In this document: positions 21,493 through 32,579 of the stretch, one piece after another
Numbering within the stretch: position 1 is the first letter of the stretch
Layout: every line of letters begins with the position of its first letter
NCBI GenBank assembly: GCA_963785505.1
Contig: CAWAVN010000015.1
Location: forward strand, 82,918 to 146,917
Origin: an uncultured Planctomycetaceae bacterium
Lineage (GTDB): Bacteria > Planctomycetota > Planctomycetia > Planctomycetales > Planctomycetaceae
Reading direction: 5' to 3'
Length of the DNA stretch: 64,000 nt
The notes under the pieces: model-generated
The model's database searches: none
The model's input: the letters and a program-made list of their open reading frames with translations, nothing else
Told to the model about the DNA's origin: nothing
Program-made: the position numbers and the translations under genes

Positions 21493-22902
21493 TTATGAAG
21501 AGACGGGCAGCGATTGAGGCTCAGTCATCTCCCGTCCGGGTAAATCAATATCGGGATGATCCTGGATTTCTTCGCTGGTGAAGCAGACGGTGATTGTTGT
21601 GCCTTGGGAAGAGGTTTTTGTGAGTTCGATGCGTCCACTGCCGGCTTGCTCTAGGATGTGCCGGCAGACGAACAACCCCAAACCCGTGCCCGCCGGCTTG
21701 GTGGTGTAATAGGGTTGGAAAATCCGCTCGCGGGCGGAGTCGGGAATGCCGCAACCATCATCGGCCACCGCCACGCGGAGTTCGCCGGCTTTCAGGCTGG
21801 TGGAAATCTCCACACGGCCGCCTTCTTCGGTGGCGTCCAAGGCGTTCAAGATCAAATTCAAAAAGACCTGCACCCATTGATCCCTTAGCCCGCACAACTT
21901 GGGCAGAGGCTTGGCATAACGGGTCGCGATCCGCCGGCCTTTTTTGCGTTTGTAGTATTTGGCGATGCTCAGCGCGGCTTCGATGACGGACTCCACGTCG
22001 CAGCGGGTTTTCTCGGTGTTCGCGGGCCGGCTGAAATCCACCAACTCGTGCAGCGTGCGTTGAATCCGCCGGAGTTGGTCATCCACCATGTTCAATCGGC
22101 TGCGCGTATATTCATCTTCGTGGCGAAGATTGAGAAGCTGCATCAACGAACTGATCGAAGCCAAAGGGTTGCCCACTTCATGCGCGATCCCCGCCGCCAG
22201 CAAACCGAAGGCCGCCTGCTTTTCCTGCTGCACGATTAAGGCTTGCGATTCTTGCAATTCCTGCGTGCGTTCGGCGATGCGTTCTTCCAGCAAGGTTTGA
22301 TTTTTTTGGAGTTCCGCGTTTACATCCGCGAGTTTTCGCTCGGCAGTTTTGCTCAAGCCCGCCAACGCCACGCTGGCCCACGTCACCCAGCCCATCAGCA
22401 CCAACAGCATGAGTTGGTTGGTCAGCAAATCCCCGCTGCGAAGCGATTCGCCCGTGGCCATCAGCGTGACGTAACTCGCGGCGTGCAGGCAAAACGTGGA
22501 GTAAGTCATCTGCGGCGAATGCCGAATCGCGCAGACCAACAGCGAAAGAAAATAATAAAACCGAAACGGGCTATTCGGCCCGGTGTCGAAGTAGCACAAC
22601 AGCCCGATGAAGACCGCTTCCATCAGGGAAATCAACAGCGGCACATCGCTTAAGAACACCCGGCGGCGGTAGCTGTACCAGGTGTCCATGATGGCATAAA
22701 CCGCCCCCAGCATCAGAATCGCATTGAGCTGAAACTGATGCGTGCCCGGGCCGGCGAGATCGACCAGCACGAACCCCACGCAGAGGCCGAACCAGCGAAT
22801 GCGCACGGTAATCGCTTCGGCGGCAAGATCCCAAGGAAATGTTTTGCGAGAGACGGACGATAGCACAACGGGCCATTCAAACGGGGCGAAAACAAGAAAC
22901 AT
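21493..22902 (-). CDS. Sensor histidine kinase (polytopic N-terminus, HisKA + HATPase_c)
   Basis: 469-aa ORF. H-box FGLLAAGIAHEVGNPLASI, N-box VFLNLILNALDA, G-boxes DDGCGIP and GTGLGL. About 5-6 TM segments lie N-terminally. Confidence 0.9.
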   Translation of the reverse strand: MFLVFAPFEWPVVLSSVSRKTFPWDLAAEAITVRIRWFGLCVGFVLVDLAGPGTHQFQLNAILMLGAVYAIMDTWYSYRRRVFLSDVPLLISLMEAVFIGLLCYFDTGPNSPFRFYYFLSLLVCAIRHSPQMTYSTFCLHAASYVTLMATGESLRSGDLLTNQLMLLVLMGWVTWASVALAGLSKTAERKLADVNAELQKNQTLLEERIAERTQELQESQALIVQQEKQAAFGLLAAGIAHEVGNPLASISSLMQLLNLRHEDEYTRSRLNMVDDQLRRIQRTLHELVDFSRPANTEKTRCDVESVIEAALSIAKYYKRKKGRRIATRYAKPLPKLCGLRDQWVQVFLNLILNALDATEEGGRVEISTSLKAGELRVAVADDGCGIPDSARERIFQPYYTTKPAGTGLGLFVCRHILEQAGSGRIELTKTSSQGTTITVCFTSEEIQDHPDIDLPGREMTEPQSLPVSS

Positions 22903-23145
22903 CCTGCCCCATTATAGAAACCTGCTCCCGCAAAACCACCAATCCGCCGCGAGTTGAATCAGCGAGTGAAACCCTTGTTTTCGACAACGGGGTCAACTCG
23001 CGGTCGAAAACGTACACTTTCGGCGCTGAATTTCATGCTAGGTTGAAAAAGGCCCGTAGTCTCTTCCTGGATTTCCGCCTCTTCGGGCCGAAAAGGGATT
23101 GGCGTCTCGAGATCAACCCGAAATCGCAATTGAGCCACTCCTCCC

Positions 23146-23406
23146 TTAGCGTTCGGAGGGGTCGGAGAAGAGGTCGTCCAATTCTTCGTTCGCTTGTTTG
23201 CGGTGCAAACGGTACAGCCCAACGCTGAACCCAGTGAAGAGGATCGCGGGCATCGACATCATAAAGAGAATGCTATACATGTACGCTTTAGGGCGGTTCT
23301 CATCGGTTTGGTTGGCTTCTTTGCACATCGGGCAGGCTTGGGCGGTATTCAAAATCGGCCCAAACGTGACCACAGCCAAGAGGAACGCGAACAAGAGTTT
23401 TCGCAT
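23146..23406 (-). CDS. Small membrane-anchored protein with an exported CPMC motif (last gene of the respiratory cluster)
   Basis: 86-aa ORF. Signal peptide MRKLLFAFLLAVVTFGPILNTAQA is followed by CPMCKEAN and then the TM segment YMYSILFMMSMPAILFTGFSVGLY. No family recognised. Confidence 0.6.
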   Translation of the reverse strand: MRKLLFAFLLAVVTFGPILNTAQACPMCKEANQTDENRPKAYMYSILFMMSMPAILFTGFSVGLYRLHRKQANEELDDLFSDPSER

Positions 23407-23449
23407 GATAGAAAATCCTTTGAAACAGTTGCTCTTTTGATTTTGGAAT

Positions 23450-23875
23450 CTAAACCGCCCAATGATAGAGCATGCCGTAAATCATAACTCCCGTGACCGA
23501 AACGTAAAGCCAAATCGGCAAAGTCACGCGGGCGATTTTGCGGTGTTTGTCCCACTGCTCGTTTAATCCGCGATAAATCGTAATCCCCGCCAGCACGGGA
23601 ACTAAAGCAGCTAGGAGAATGTGGCTGATCAAAATGCTGAAATACACCGGCCTGACCCAACCCGTGCCGGGGAAGGGTTTGGAACCCGCGTAGCCGTGAT
23701 AGACAAGATAACAGACCAAAAACACCACCGAAACCCCAAACGCGGAGAGCATCACCCGTTTGTGAGCCTTCGCTCGTTTTCGACGAATCAGCGAGTAGCC
23801 CATTACCAACAACACCGTGGCCAATCCGTTCAAACTTGCGTTGATGGCGGGAAGATGTTCCACCCATTCCGGCAT
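23450..23875 (-). CDS. DUF420 domain-containing membrane protein (CtaM-like oxidase accessory family)
   Basis: 141-aa ORF. LPAINASLNGLATVLLVMGYSLIRRKRAKAHKRVMLSAFGVSVVFLVCYLVYH matches the DUF420 pattern. Confidence 0.8.
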   Translation of the reverse strand: MPEWVEHLPAINASLNGLATVLLVMGYSLIRRKRAKAHKRVMLSAFGVSVVFLVCYLVYHGYAGSKPFPGTGWVRPVYFSILISHILLAALVPVLAGITIYRGLNEQWDKHRKIARVTLPIWLYVSVTGVMIYGMLYHWAV

Positions 23876-23877
23876 GG

Positions 23878-24771
23878 TTATTTTTCGCTTCCGGTTGTGG
23901 GCTTTTCGGCGATGGCGGGCGGGGAAGTTTCTTCGGCGGGTTTGGTTGCTGAAGCATTCTCGGCCAGTTGTTCAGCCTCCGCGAGCAAGGCCATCCGCAG
24001 GCGAACCATGTCCTCATCATTCGTGCCGTGATAGCGTTTGACGATCCGGCCTTGGGCATCAACGTGTAGGATGTCATCCGAGTGGAAGACTTCAAAACCT
24101 TTTGAGCGATCTTTGCCCGTCATCTCCTGCGCGAGTTGCAGAAACTGCTTCCGCAGCAGGGGGTAAACGTAGTCGGCTTCGCCCGTCAAGAACAGCCATC
24201 GCTCGGGGTCGGCTCCGAAATTGTCGGCGTAGTTTTTGAGGACTTCGGGTGTATCGTATTTGGGATCGACCGTAATCGTGACCAAACGAACGGGCGAACC
24301 TTTCAGTTCTTTTTGCAGCATCATCATTTTCGAACTGATCTTCAAACACGGCCCCCAACAGCGCGTAAACACAAAACACACAGCCCACGGTTGGCCCGAG
24401 AGATCCTTCTGGGTGATTTTCTTGCCGCTGCGTTCGGTCAGTTCAAACTCGCCGACTTGGGGCAGGTACTTGGGATCGATTCGATCCTCGCCGGGCACGG
24501 TCTCCACTTTGTCGAGTTTGCCCGTTTTGGGGTCTACTCGGTAAGGCGTGAGCGAGGATTTTTCTCCCGCCTGGGCGGCTTCGCGTTCGTTTTGAAATTC
24601 GGCTCGCAGCGCCTCTCGAAACTCGGCGGTCTGGGCCGCTTCCCGCTTTTTGAAAACCTTCCAAGTTCCGTACCCGACACCCGCGAGCAGCCCCAAAGCC
24701 ACAAACGTGATAAAGGCCGCTGCCACGGGAGAGGATTGTTGGAGATTGTCGGGGGAGAAATCGTCGTTCAT
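23878..24771 (-). CDS. SCO1/SenC family copper chaperone (thioredoxin fold)
   Basis: 297-aa ORF with an N-terminal TM anchor. The CxxxC motif is FVFTRCWGPC. The downstream conserved His is FEVFHSDDILHVD. Confidence 0.85.
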   Translation of the reverse strand: MNDDFSPDNLQQSSPVAAAFITFVALGLLAGVGYGTWKVFKKREAAQTAEFREALRAEFQNEREAAQAGEKSSLTPYRVDPKTGKLDKVETVPGEDRIDPKYLPQVGEFELTERSGKKITQKDLSGQPWAVCFVFTRCWGPCLKISSKMMMLQKELKGSPVRLVTITVDPKYDTPEVLKNYADNFGADPERWLFLTGEADYVYPLLRKQFLQLAQEMTGKDRSKGFEVFHSDDILHVDAQGRIVKRYHGTNDEDMVRLRMALLAEAEQLAENASATKPAEETSPPAIAEKPTTGSEK

Positions 24772-24812
24772 GGGAAATCACTCTAAAGAAAACCGTCGAA
24801 TTGTGTTTGTCG

Positions 24813-25622
24813 TCAGGTCGCATTGGCGGCGGTTTGCCGGCGAGCCAGCAAGACCGAACCGAACACGCACGCCGCACAAAATCCAGAGGTCACCAACAGG
24901 CAGAGCCAAAACGGAGGCAACCCCGTTCCAAATTCGATCTGGGGATACATCAACCGCCTTAAACCCGCCACGCCATAGGTTAGTGGGTTCAAACTGACGA
25001 TCAGCCCCAGCCAACCGGATTCCTCGGCGGGAAACGTGGCCCCGGAAAGCAGCCACATCGGCAACAGAAACACGCTCATGATCGCGTGGAACCCTTGCGT
25101 GGAATCCAGCGGCCAGGCAATCAGAAAACCCAAGGCCGTTAAAGTGTACCCCAGCAAAATCAAAAAGCCCAACGTGCAGACCGCGCCGGCGGGCGTCCAA
25201 TGTATTTGTATTGTAGGCGAGAGGCCCACGATTGTCAGCAGCGGGCCGATGGCTAAAAACACCACGGCTTGCACGACCGCCAAGACCATTCCGCCGGACA
25301 GCTTTCCCCAAACCAACGCCAACCGCGACACCGGAGCCACCAGCACGCCTTGCAGAAAGCCTTCCCGGCGGTCTTCGATAATGGAAATCGTGGAAAAAAT
25401 CGCCGTGAACAGCAAAATCAACACCGCAATGCCGGGGAAGAAAAATTCCTGAAAGCTCATCGACACTTCTTCGGGAACGTAGCCGGGCTGCTTGAACGAA
25501 CCTTGAAACCCCGCCCCGATCAAGACCCATAAAATCAAGGGTTGGCCCAAGGCTCCCACCACGCGGGTGCGCTGGCGGAAGAAGCGAATCAACTCTCGCC
25601 AAGTCAACGTCCCCACCGCCAA
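24813..25622 (-). CDS. ABC-2 type transporter permease
   Basis: 269-aa ORF, six TM segments, N-terminus LTWRELIRFFRQRTRVVGALGQPLI. A possible N-terminal extension from the ATG at 25693 (MTDSSPSPSHKPRF...) would need another 1-nt shift near 25640. Confidence 0.8.
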   Translation of the reverse strand: MAVGTLTWRELIRFFRQRTRVVGALGQPLILWVLIGAGFQGSFKQPGYVPEEVSMSFQEFFFPGIAVLILLFTAIFSTISIIEDRREGFLQGVLVAPVSRLALVWGKLSGGMVLAVVQAVVFLAIGPLLTIVGLSPTIQIHWTPAGAVCTLGFLILLGYTLTALGFLIAWPLDSTQGFHAIMSVFLLPMWLLSGATFPAEESGWLGLIVSLNPLTYGVAGLRRLMYPQIEFGTGLPPFWLCLLVTSGFCAACVFGSVLLARRQTAANAT

Positions 25623-25860
25623 CCAAAACCCGCCGGCACGCGAGACCGGCGGAATCGTGGTTTGTGGCTGGGTGAGGGGGAAGAATCGGTCATGGGTCGG
25701 AGGGATTAAGATGAAGGAAACGGGAAATGCTCACCGGCAACATGGTTCGGAAGTCATTCGACTAAGGCGAAACTTACGGGCAAGGCCGTATGCGAAAAGT
25801 GATAGCATTTCCACTATAAAACAGCGAATAGCTAACCGCGAAATGCCAATCGCTCTTAGA

Positions 25861-26809
25861 TTATGAACTAATGGTGGTGGTCCAGAATTGGTGGCCGGTT
25901 TCTTTGATGAAGACATCCTCCAAAGTCGGTTTGCCCAGCGAGATTTCGGTGATCTCTTCAGGAAAGGCATTCACCAAATCTCGCAACAATTCGTGCCCTT
26001 GTTCGCGTTCGATTCTGAGCGATTCCCCCACCTGCTGAACGGCGATGCCGAACTGCGATTGAATTTTCTCGGCCAGTTCAAGCGGGGATTGCTCGCAAGC
26101 AATCGTCAGACAATCGCCTCCCACCGATGCCCGCAACTTCTCCGGCGAGTCCAAAGCCACCAGGCGGCCCCGGTCCAAAATGCCCAGGCAATCGCAGCGT
26201 TCGGCTTCATCCATTAAATGGGTGGTAACCAGAATCGTCATTCCGCCCCGCGATTTCAATTGGGCAAGATATTCCCAAAGGTCGATTCTGCGCGCCGGGG
26301 TCCAGACCCGTGCTGGGTTCATCCAGCAACAACATTTTCGGATCGTGCAAAAGTCCCTTGGCGATTTCCACCCGGCGTTTTAAGCCGCCGGAGAGCGTTC
26401 CCGCCAAATCGTTCGCCCGGCTTGTTAGGTTCAAATGTTCGAGCAGTTCCGCAATTCGCCGCCGCAACAGTTGGCCGGACAACCCGTACAAATGCCCGTG
26501 ATGCCGAAGGTTTTCCCGCACGGTCAATCGCGTATCGAGGCTGGGCGATTGAAAAGTCACCCCGATTTGCCGACGAACTTCTTCCGGCTGGTTGCGAACG
26601 TCGAATCCCAGCAAATGCACGGTTCCGGTTTGCACGGGCAGCAACGTGCTGAGGATGCGGAACAGCGTCGTTTTTCCGCCGCCGTTGGGTCCGAGCAAAC
26701 CGAAGATGGAATCGGGCGAAACCTCGAAGGCCAGATCGTCCAATGCCAAGTGGTCTCCGTACCGATGCGAGAGTCCTTGGACTTGGATGGCCGGGGCATT
26801 CGCGTTCAT
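25861..26809 (-). CDS. ABC transporter ATP-binding protein; one frame break near 26297
   Basis: The ATG at 26809 gives MNANAPAIQVQGLSHRYGDHLALDDL...GLLGPNGGGKTT (Walker A) ...LSGGLKRRVEIAKGLLHDPKMLLLDEPSTGLDP. The protein continues in ORF 25861..26322 as ARRIDLWEYLAQLKSRGGMTILVTTHLMDEAE. Confidence 0.88.
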
Positions 26810-27165
26810 TGGGCCAAGTCGATGGTCACATCGGGAACTTCTTCTTCGGTGGTCGCGTGGAATTTGTTCTGCGGCACATCCGTGGGATAGTAATGCAGCC
26901 CGATGTCCGGCAGCAAAGCGGTCATCAGGCCCATCGCCAAAATCGCGGTGGGGGCGAGGATCACGAATTTCCAGGCTCCCTCGAATTTGAGGTGCATGAA
27001 AAACGACAGCACGAACAACGCCTTGGCCGTCGCAATGGCGAGCACGATGCCGGCCAGCACGAATCTGTTGTCGAGATGGACCAAATCCGCCGCCACCGAA
27101 AGCGCCGTGCAAATGCAAAGGGCAATGAAAATCAACCAGTAATTGGTGTGATGACTATCAGCCAT
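26806..27165 (-). CDS. Cytochrome c oxidase subunit IV (prokaryotic type)
   Basis: 119-aa ORF, three TM segments. IATAKALFVLSFFMHLKFE is the family signature. It lies directly downstream of coxIII. Confidence 0.8.
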   Translation of the reverse strand: MADSHHTNYWLIFIALCICTALSVAADLVHLDNRFVLAGIVLAIATAKALFVLSFFMHLKFEGAWKFVILAPTAILAMGLMTALLPDIGLHYYPTDVPQNKFHATTEEEVPDVTIDLAQ

Positions 27166-27230
27166 GAGGGCTTTTCCTCTTTGAATTTGTATGGTCCGCG
27201 ATGCGGACCATACAGTTTATGTTGGATCCG

Positions 27231-28662
27231 CTAAATAATGTAAATCAGCGGGAACAGGAAGATCCACACCAAGTCCACGAAGTGCCAATACAGGCCGCTG
27301 TTCTCGACCCAATCGGTCCAAGTTTGGTTGAGTTTGCTGCCTTGAAGCAAAGCGAGGGCAAACAAAATCATGCCCACAATCACATGCAAGGCGTGAAAGC
27401 CGGTCATCAGAAAATACACGGAAGCGAACAGGTTTCCGTAAACGATCACCGTGGGATGATGCACGGCGGCCATCAGATCTTTGTAGAGGTAATCGGGTTG
27501 GCCCGCCAGGTCTTTGCGGTCGATTTTGACAGGGGTTCCATCTTCTAGGCGAACGACAAGCGTTTTGTCATCGCTAACGGGTTCTTCGGCTTCCTCGTGC
27601 TCGACTTGGGCCGTTTCTTTTTCGTGCTTCACATCGGCGTGCTGGGCATGTTCTTCCTCGACCAACACCACGCCCTCGATGGTTTGCTCATCCGTGGTGG
27701 TGATGCGGGCCATGTGTTTCAGATCGTAAATTTTTTCTTGGACTTCTTCGAGCGTGAGATGGGACGGGCCTTGGATCGACTTGACATCAGCCGGTTTAAC
27801 CGCGACTTCTGCAACTTTGCTCTCGGTCAAGGTAATGAGCTTCAGCGACTTTTTATCGCCCGCCTCCGGCACCAAAATCCCGGACTGCTTTTTGCCATCG
27901 GCGGTGGTGATGGTCGTATAGTTGTTCGCAGGGTTTGCTTTCAGAGACACGTTTTGGGTGATGTGCTTTTGGAGGAGCACAAACTGATCGTTCAGTTTCA
28001 GGAACCGCTCGATTTCGGTTTTGCGTTCGGCGGACGTGTCTTCCGAGTCGCGCTGCTTTTCCAATTCCTGGATTTTTTCTTTCTGGATGAAACGCGGGAT
28101 TCTTGGCGAGGTCTTCCGGCGTCAGTTCTCGTTTTTCTTCCTCGGCATCTTTTTCCAACTCTGCCTTCACTTGGCTGTCGGGGCGGAGTTTAGCCAACCC
28201 GGCATCGACGGCAGCTTGCATTTCCCTGAGCGTTTTATTGATGGCTTGCTCATCGCTCTCGGCGATGTGGCCGGGGATGATGTCGTGCTCGAATTTCCCG
28301 TAATACTCAAAGCCTTTAATCAGTAAGAACAGGCAGGCGCATCCGAAGACCGCAAATAGCAATGCACGGGCTTTCCCATAATTCTTTTGGGTCATGGCTT
28401 CGAAGGCCACTACGACCATATAGCTGGAGGCGATTAAGACGAAGGTATTGATCCCGCCAGCCAGCACGTTGATGTGCGTTTGCTCGACCGTGGGCCAAGG
28501 CTGCGATCCCACGCGAAGCACGATGTACGTCCCGATGAACGCCGTGAAAAACATGATCTCCGTTCCCAGGAACAGCCACATCCCCAATTTGGAATTGGGA
28601 ATGGGAATGCCCATTTTCACGGGGGAAGGCGATTGTGGATGGTCCAAAGTCGAGTGTGACAT
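27231..28662 (-). CDS. ctaE: Cytochrome c oxidase subunit III with a large hydrophilic insertion; one frame break near 28097
   Basis: N-terminal part (ORF 27853..28662): [24 protein letters not shown] and two further TM segments. C-terminal part (ORF 27231..28064): [25 protein letters not shown]...[19 protein letters not shown]. The two join as ...[27 protein letters not shown]... across a 1-nt shift. About 300 charged residues lie between the TM blocks. Confidence 0.85.
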
Positions 28663-28710
28663 GGCGATTGTGTTCTTAGTAAGTCGGATGATGGCCCCGG
28701 TTCGGGCCGA

Positions 28711-29680
28711 TTATTGCAACAACCGAAAATGGTCCCAGGTCAAAGCGAATAACAACAACGGCAAATACAACAGCGAGGCGAGCAGCAAACCCCGCGCGGT
28801 CTTTTCGGATTCCTGCCGCATGAACCGAACCGCGCACAGACAGTAGCCGATCCCTAAAATCAACGCGGTAAGGAAAAACGCATCTCCCGCCAAGCCGTGG
28901 CGACTGGGCAGCAAACTGATGGGCAACAAGGCCACGGCATAACCCGTCGCCAAAAACCCCGTCACACCCAACCGCTTTGAAGGCAACATTTTGAGATGGG
29001 CCTTTGCGTATTGTTCGCGATACAACCAGGCGATGGCCAGAAAATGCGGGAACTGCCATAGAAACAACGTAGCGAACAGACAAAAAGCCCCCGCGTTCAA
29101 TTCACCGCCCGCCGCCGTCCATCCCAACACGGGAGGCAGCAGCGCCGGGAACCGCGCCCACAGCGGTGCAAATTGCCGTCGTTCGTTTGAGGGGCGTATA
29201 GGCCAAGACGTAGATTAGCAGCGTCAACCCGGTCAGCAAGGCCGTGGTCAGATTGACGAAACTCGCCAGATAAAGCACCCCCGCCATGCCCGAAGTGATG
29301 CCGAACGCTAAGACTTCTCTCGGCAACAGACGATTGGCAGGCAAAGGCCGCCGGGCGGTGCGGGGCATCAGGCGGTCGGTTTCGCGTTCGCGGTATTGGT
29401 TGAGGGCGCTGGAACCCGCCGCAACCAACGCGATGCCGAACAACGCATGTGCCAACAGCGGGAATTGCACCGCGCCTTGGCTTGCCAAAGCAAACCCGAC
29501 ACACACGCTGATAAGCACCATTACCGCGATGCGGGGTTTGGTCAGTTCGAGATAATCTGCCAACCGCCCGGCAATCGCGGCGGACCACGGAAGGGGCACG
29601 GAGGCTTCGGCCAACACGCCCAGGTTGCCCCCATTGTCGGTTCGAGAAACTGTCGATGCAGGCGTTTGCACGTTGCTCAC
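28711..29680 (-). CDS. ctaB: Protoheme IX farnesyltransferase (heme O synthase); one frame break near 29137
   Basis: ORF 29102..29680 reads YLELTKPRIAVMVL...NQYRERETDRLMPRTARRPLP...TAVGAVPGAA. After an apparent extra G, ORF 28711..29130 continues PPVLGWTAAGGEL...LFLWQFPHFLAIAW. Confidence 0.9.
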
Positions 29681-29681
29681 C

Positions 29682-30662
29682 TTATAGCCCTCCTTCCCAG
29701 GTCAAGCCGGCTTCGGAGAGCGTCGGCAGGGGATTTCCGGCTACAGTTGAAGAGGAAGACACCGAACCCCAATGGGCCAGCTTCAATTTCAAAGCGACGG
29801 CGGAAGCCAACAGCAACATTCCGCTCACGGTATGGGCGCTGCGGATTACGATGTGCGGGATGGAATTGACCACGCCGACGTAACCCAAGGGGCCGAACCC
29901 AAACTTCATCACCCAAGCCCCCAGCCCCAAACCCACCTGCAACAATAAAAACCCGCACATCAACCAACCCGCGCGTTTCACGGTGGGAATTTTCGAGCGA
30001 TGGGCGGCGATGGTTGTGGCGATGACCAACATTGTCACCAAAATCGCCCCGCCGAGATGCTCGTGCAAGGCCATGCCCAAATGCCGGACAAAGCCGCCCA
30101 ATAAAAATTGCAGGAAGATCGCCAGACAAGCCAAGGCAGTCAACACGGAAAGCGAGGGCGAAACTTTCTGCGGGGTTTGTGCTTTCACGGAACCTTCAAG
30201 CCAAGATCGGCTGGTAATCACAGAAACCGAAGCCATGAGACAAAATACCAAGGCGGCGAAACTGCCGTGTATCATTGCCAATGCCCGTTTATCCAAGCGA
30301 ACCCGTCCGCCGCCCAATCCCCCTTGGATAATCACCGCCAACAGCACGCCGTAACAGGCCCAGCGCACGCTTTTGCGGGGTTCGGTTTTCCAGGCAATTG
30401 CCGCGAGGCCGATGGCGACGAATCCGATCAGAGCACCCGCCAAGCGGTGGCCGTGCTCGATAAACTTATCCCCCGCCGATTTCAGCCAAGGGTAAAAGAA
30501 CAGGTTGTAGCCGTCGGATGAGGGCCAATCGCGAAAAGCCATGCCGGCGTTTAACGTGGTCACCAGCGCCCCCACGATGATGGGCAAAAGTGCCAACAAC
30601 ATCGTCAGAACCGCAAAGCGGTGCAGCAGCGGATTGTATTTCACGTTGTTCATCGAACTCAA
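29682..30662 (-). CDS. ctaA: Heme A synthase (COX15/CtaA family)
   Basis: Polytopic 326-aa ORF with conserved His pairs (FIEHGHRLAG; HLGMALHEHLGG) and AFRDWPSSDG. Confidence 0.88.
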   Translation of the reverse strand: MSSMNNVKYNPLLHRFAVLTMLLALLPIIVGALVTTLNAGMAFRDWPSSDGYNLFFYPWLKSAGDKFIEHGHRLAGALIGFVAIGLAAIAWKTEPRKSVRWACYGVLLAVIIQGGLGGGRVRLDKRALAMIHGSFAALVFCLMASVSVITSRSWLEGSVKAQTPQKVSPSLSVLTALACLAIFLQFLLGGFVRHLGMALHEHLGGAILVTMLVIATTIAAHRSKIPTVKRAGWLMCGFLLLQVGLGLGAWVMKFGFGPLGYVGVVNSIPHIVIRSAHTVSGMLLLASAVALKLKLAHWGSVSSSSTVAGNPLPTLSEAGLTWEGGL

Positions 30663-30744
30663 TTCGTGGGCGATGCAGCGAGTGTTTCGTTAAGTTGTGG
30701 AGGGCTTAGCAAGCGCTTCGCCCTCATGGATCAACCCCGCAAAT

Positions 30745-32571
<1,827 letters not shown>

Positions 32572-32579
32572 GGTTTACC

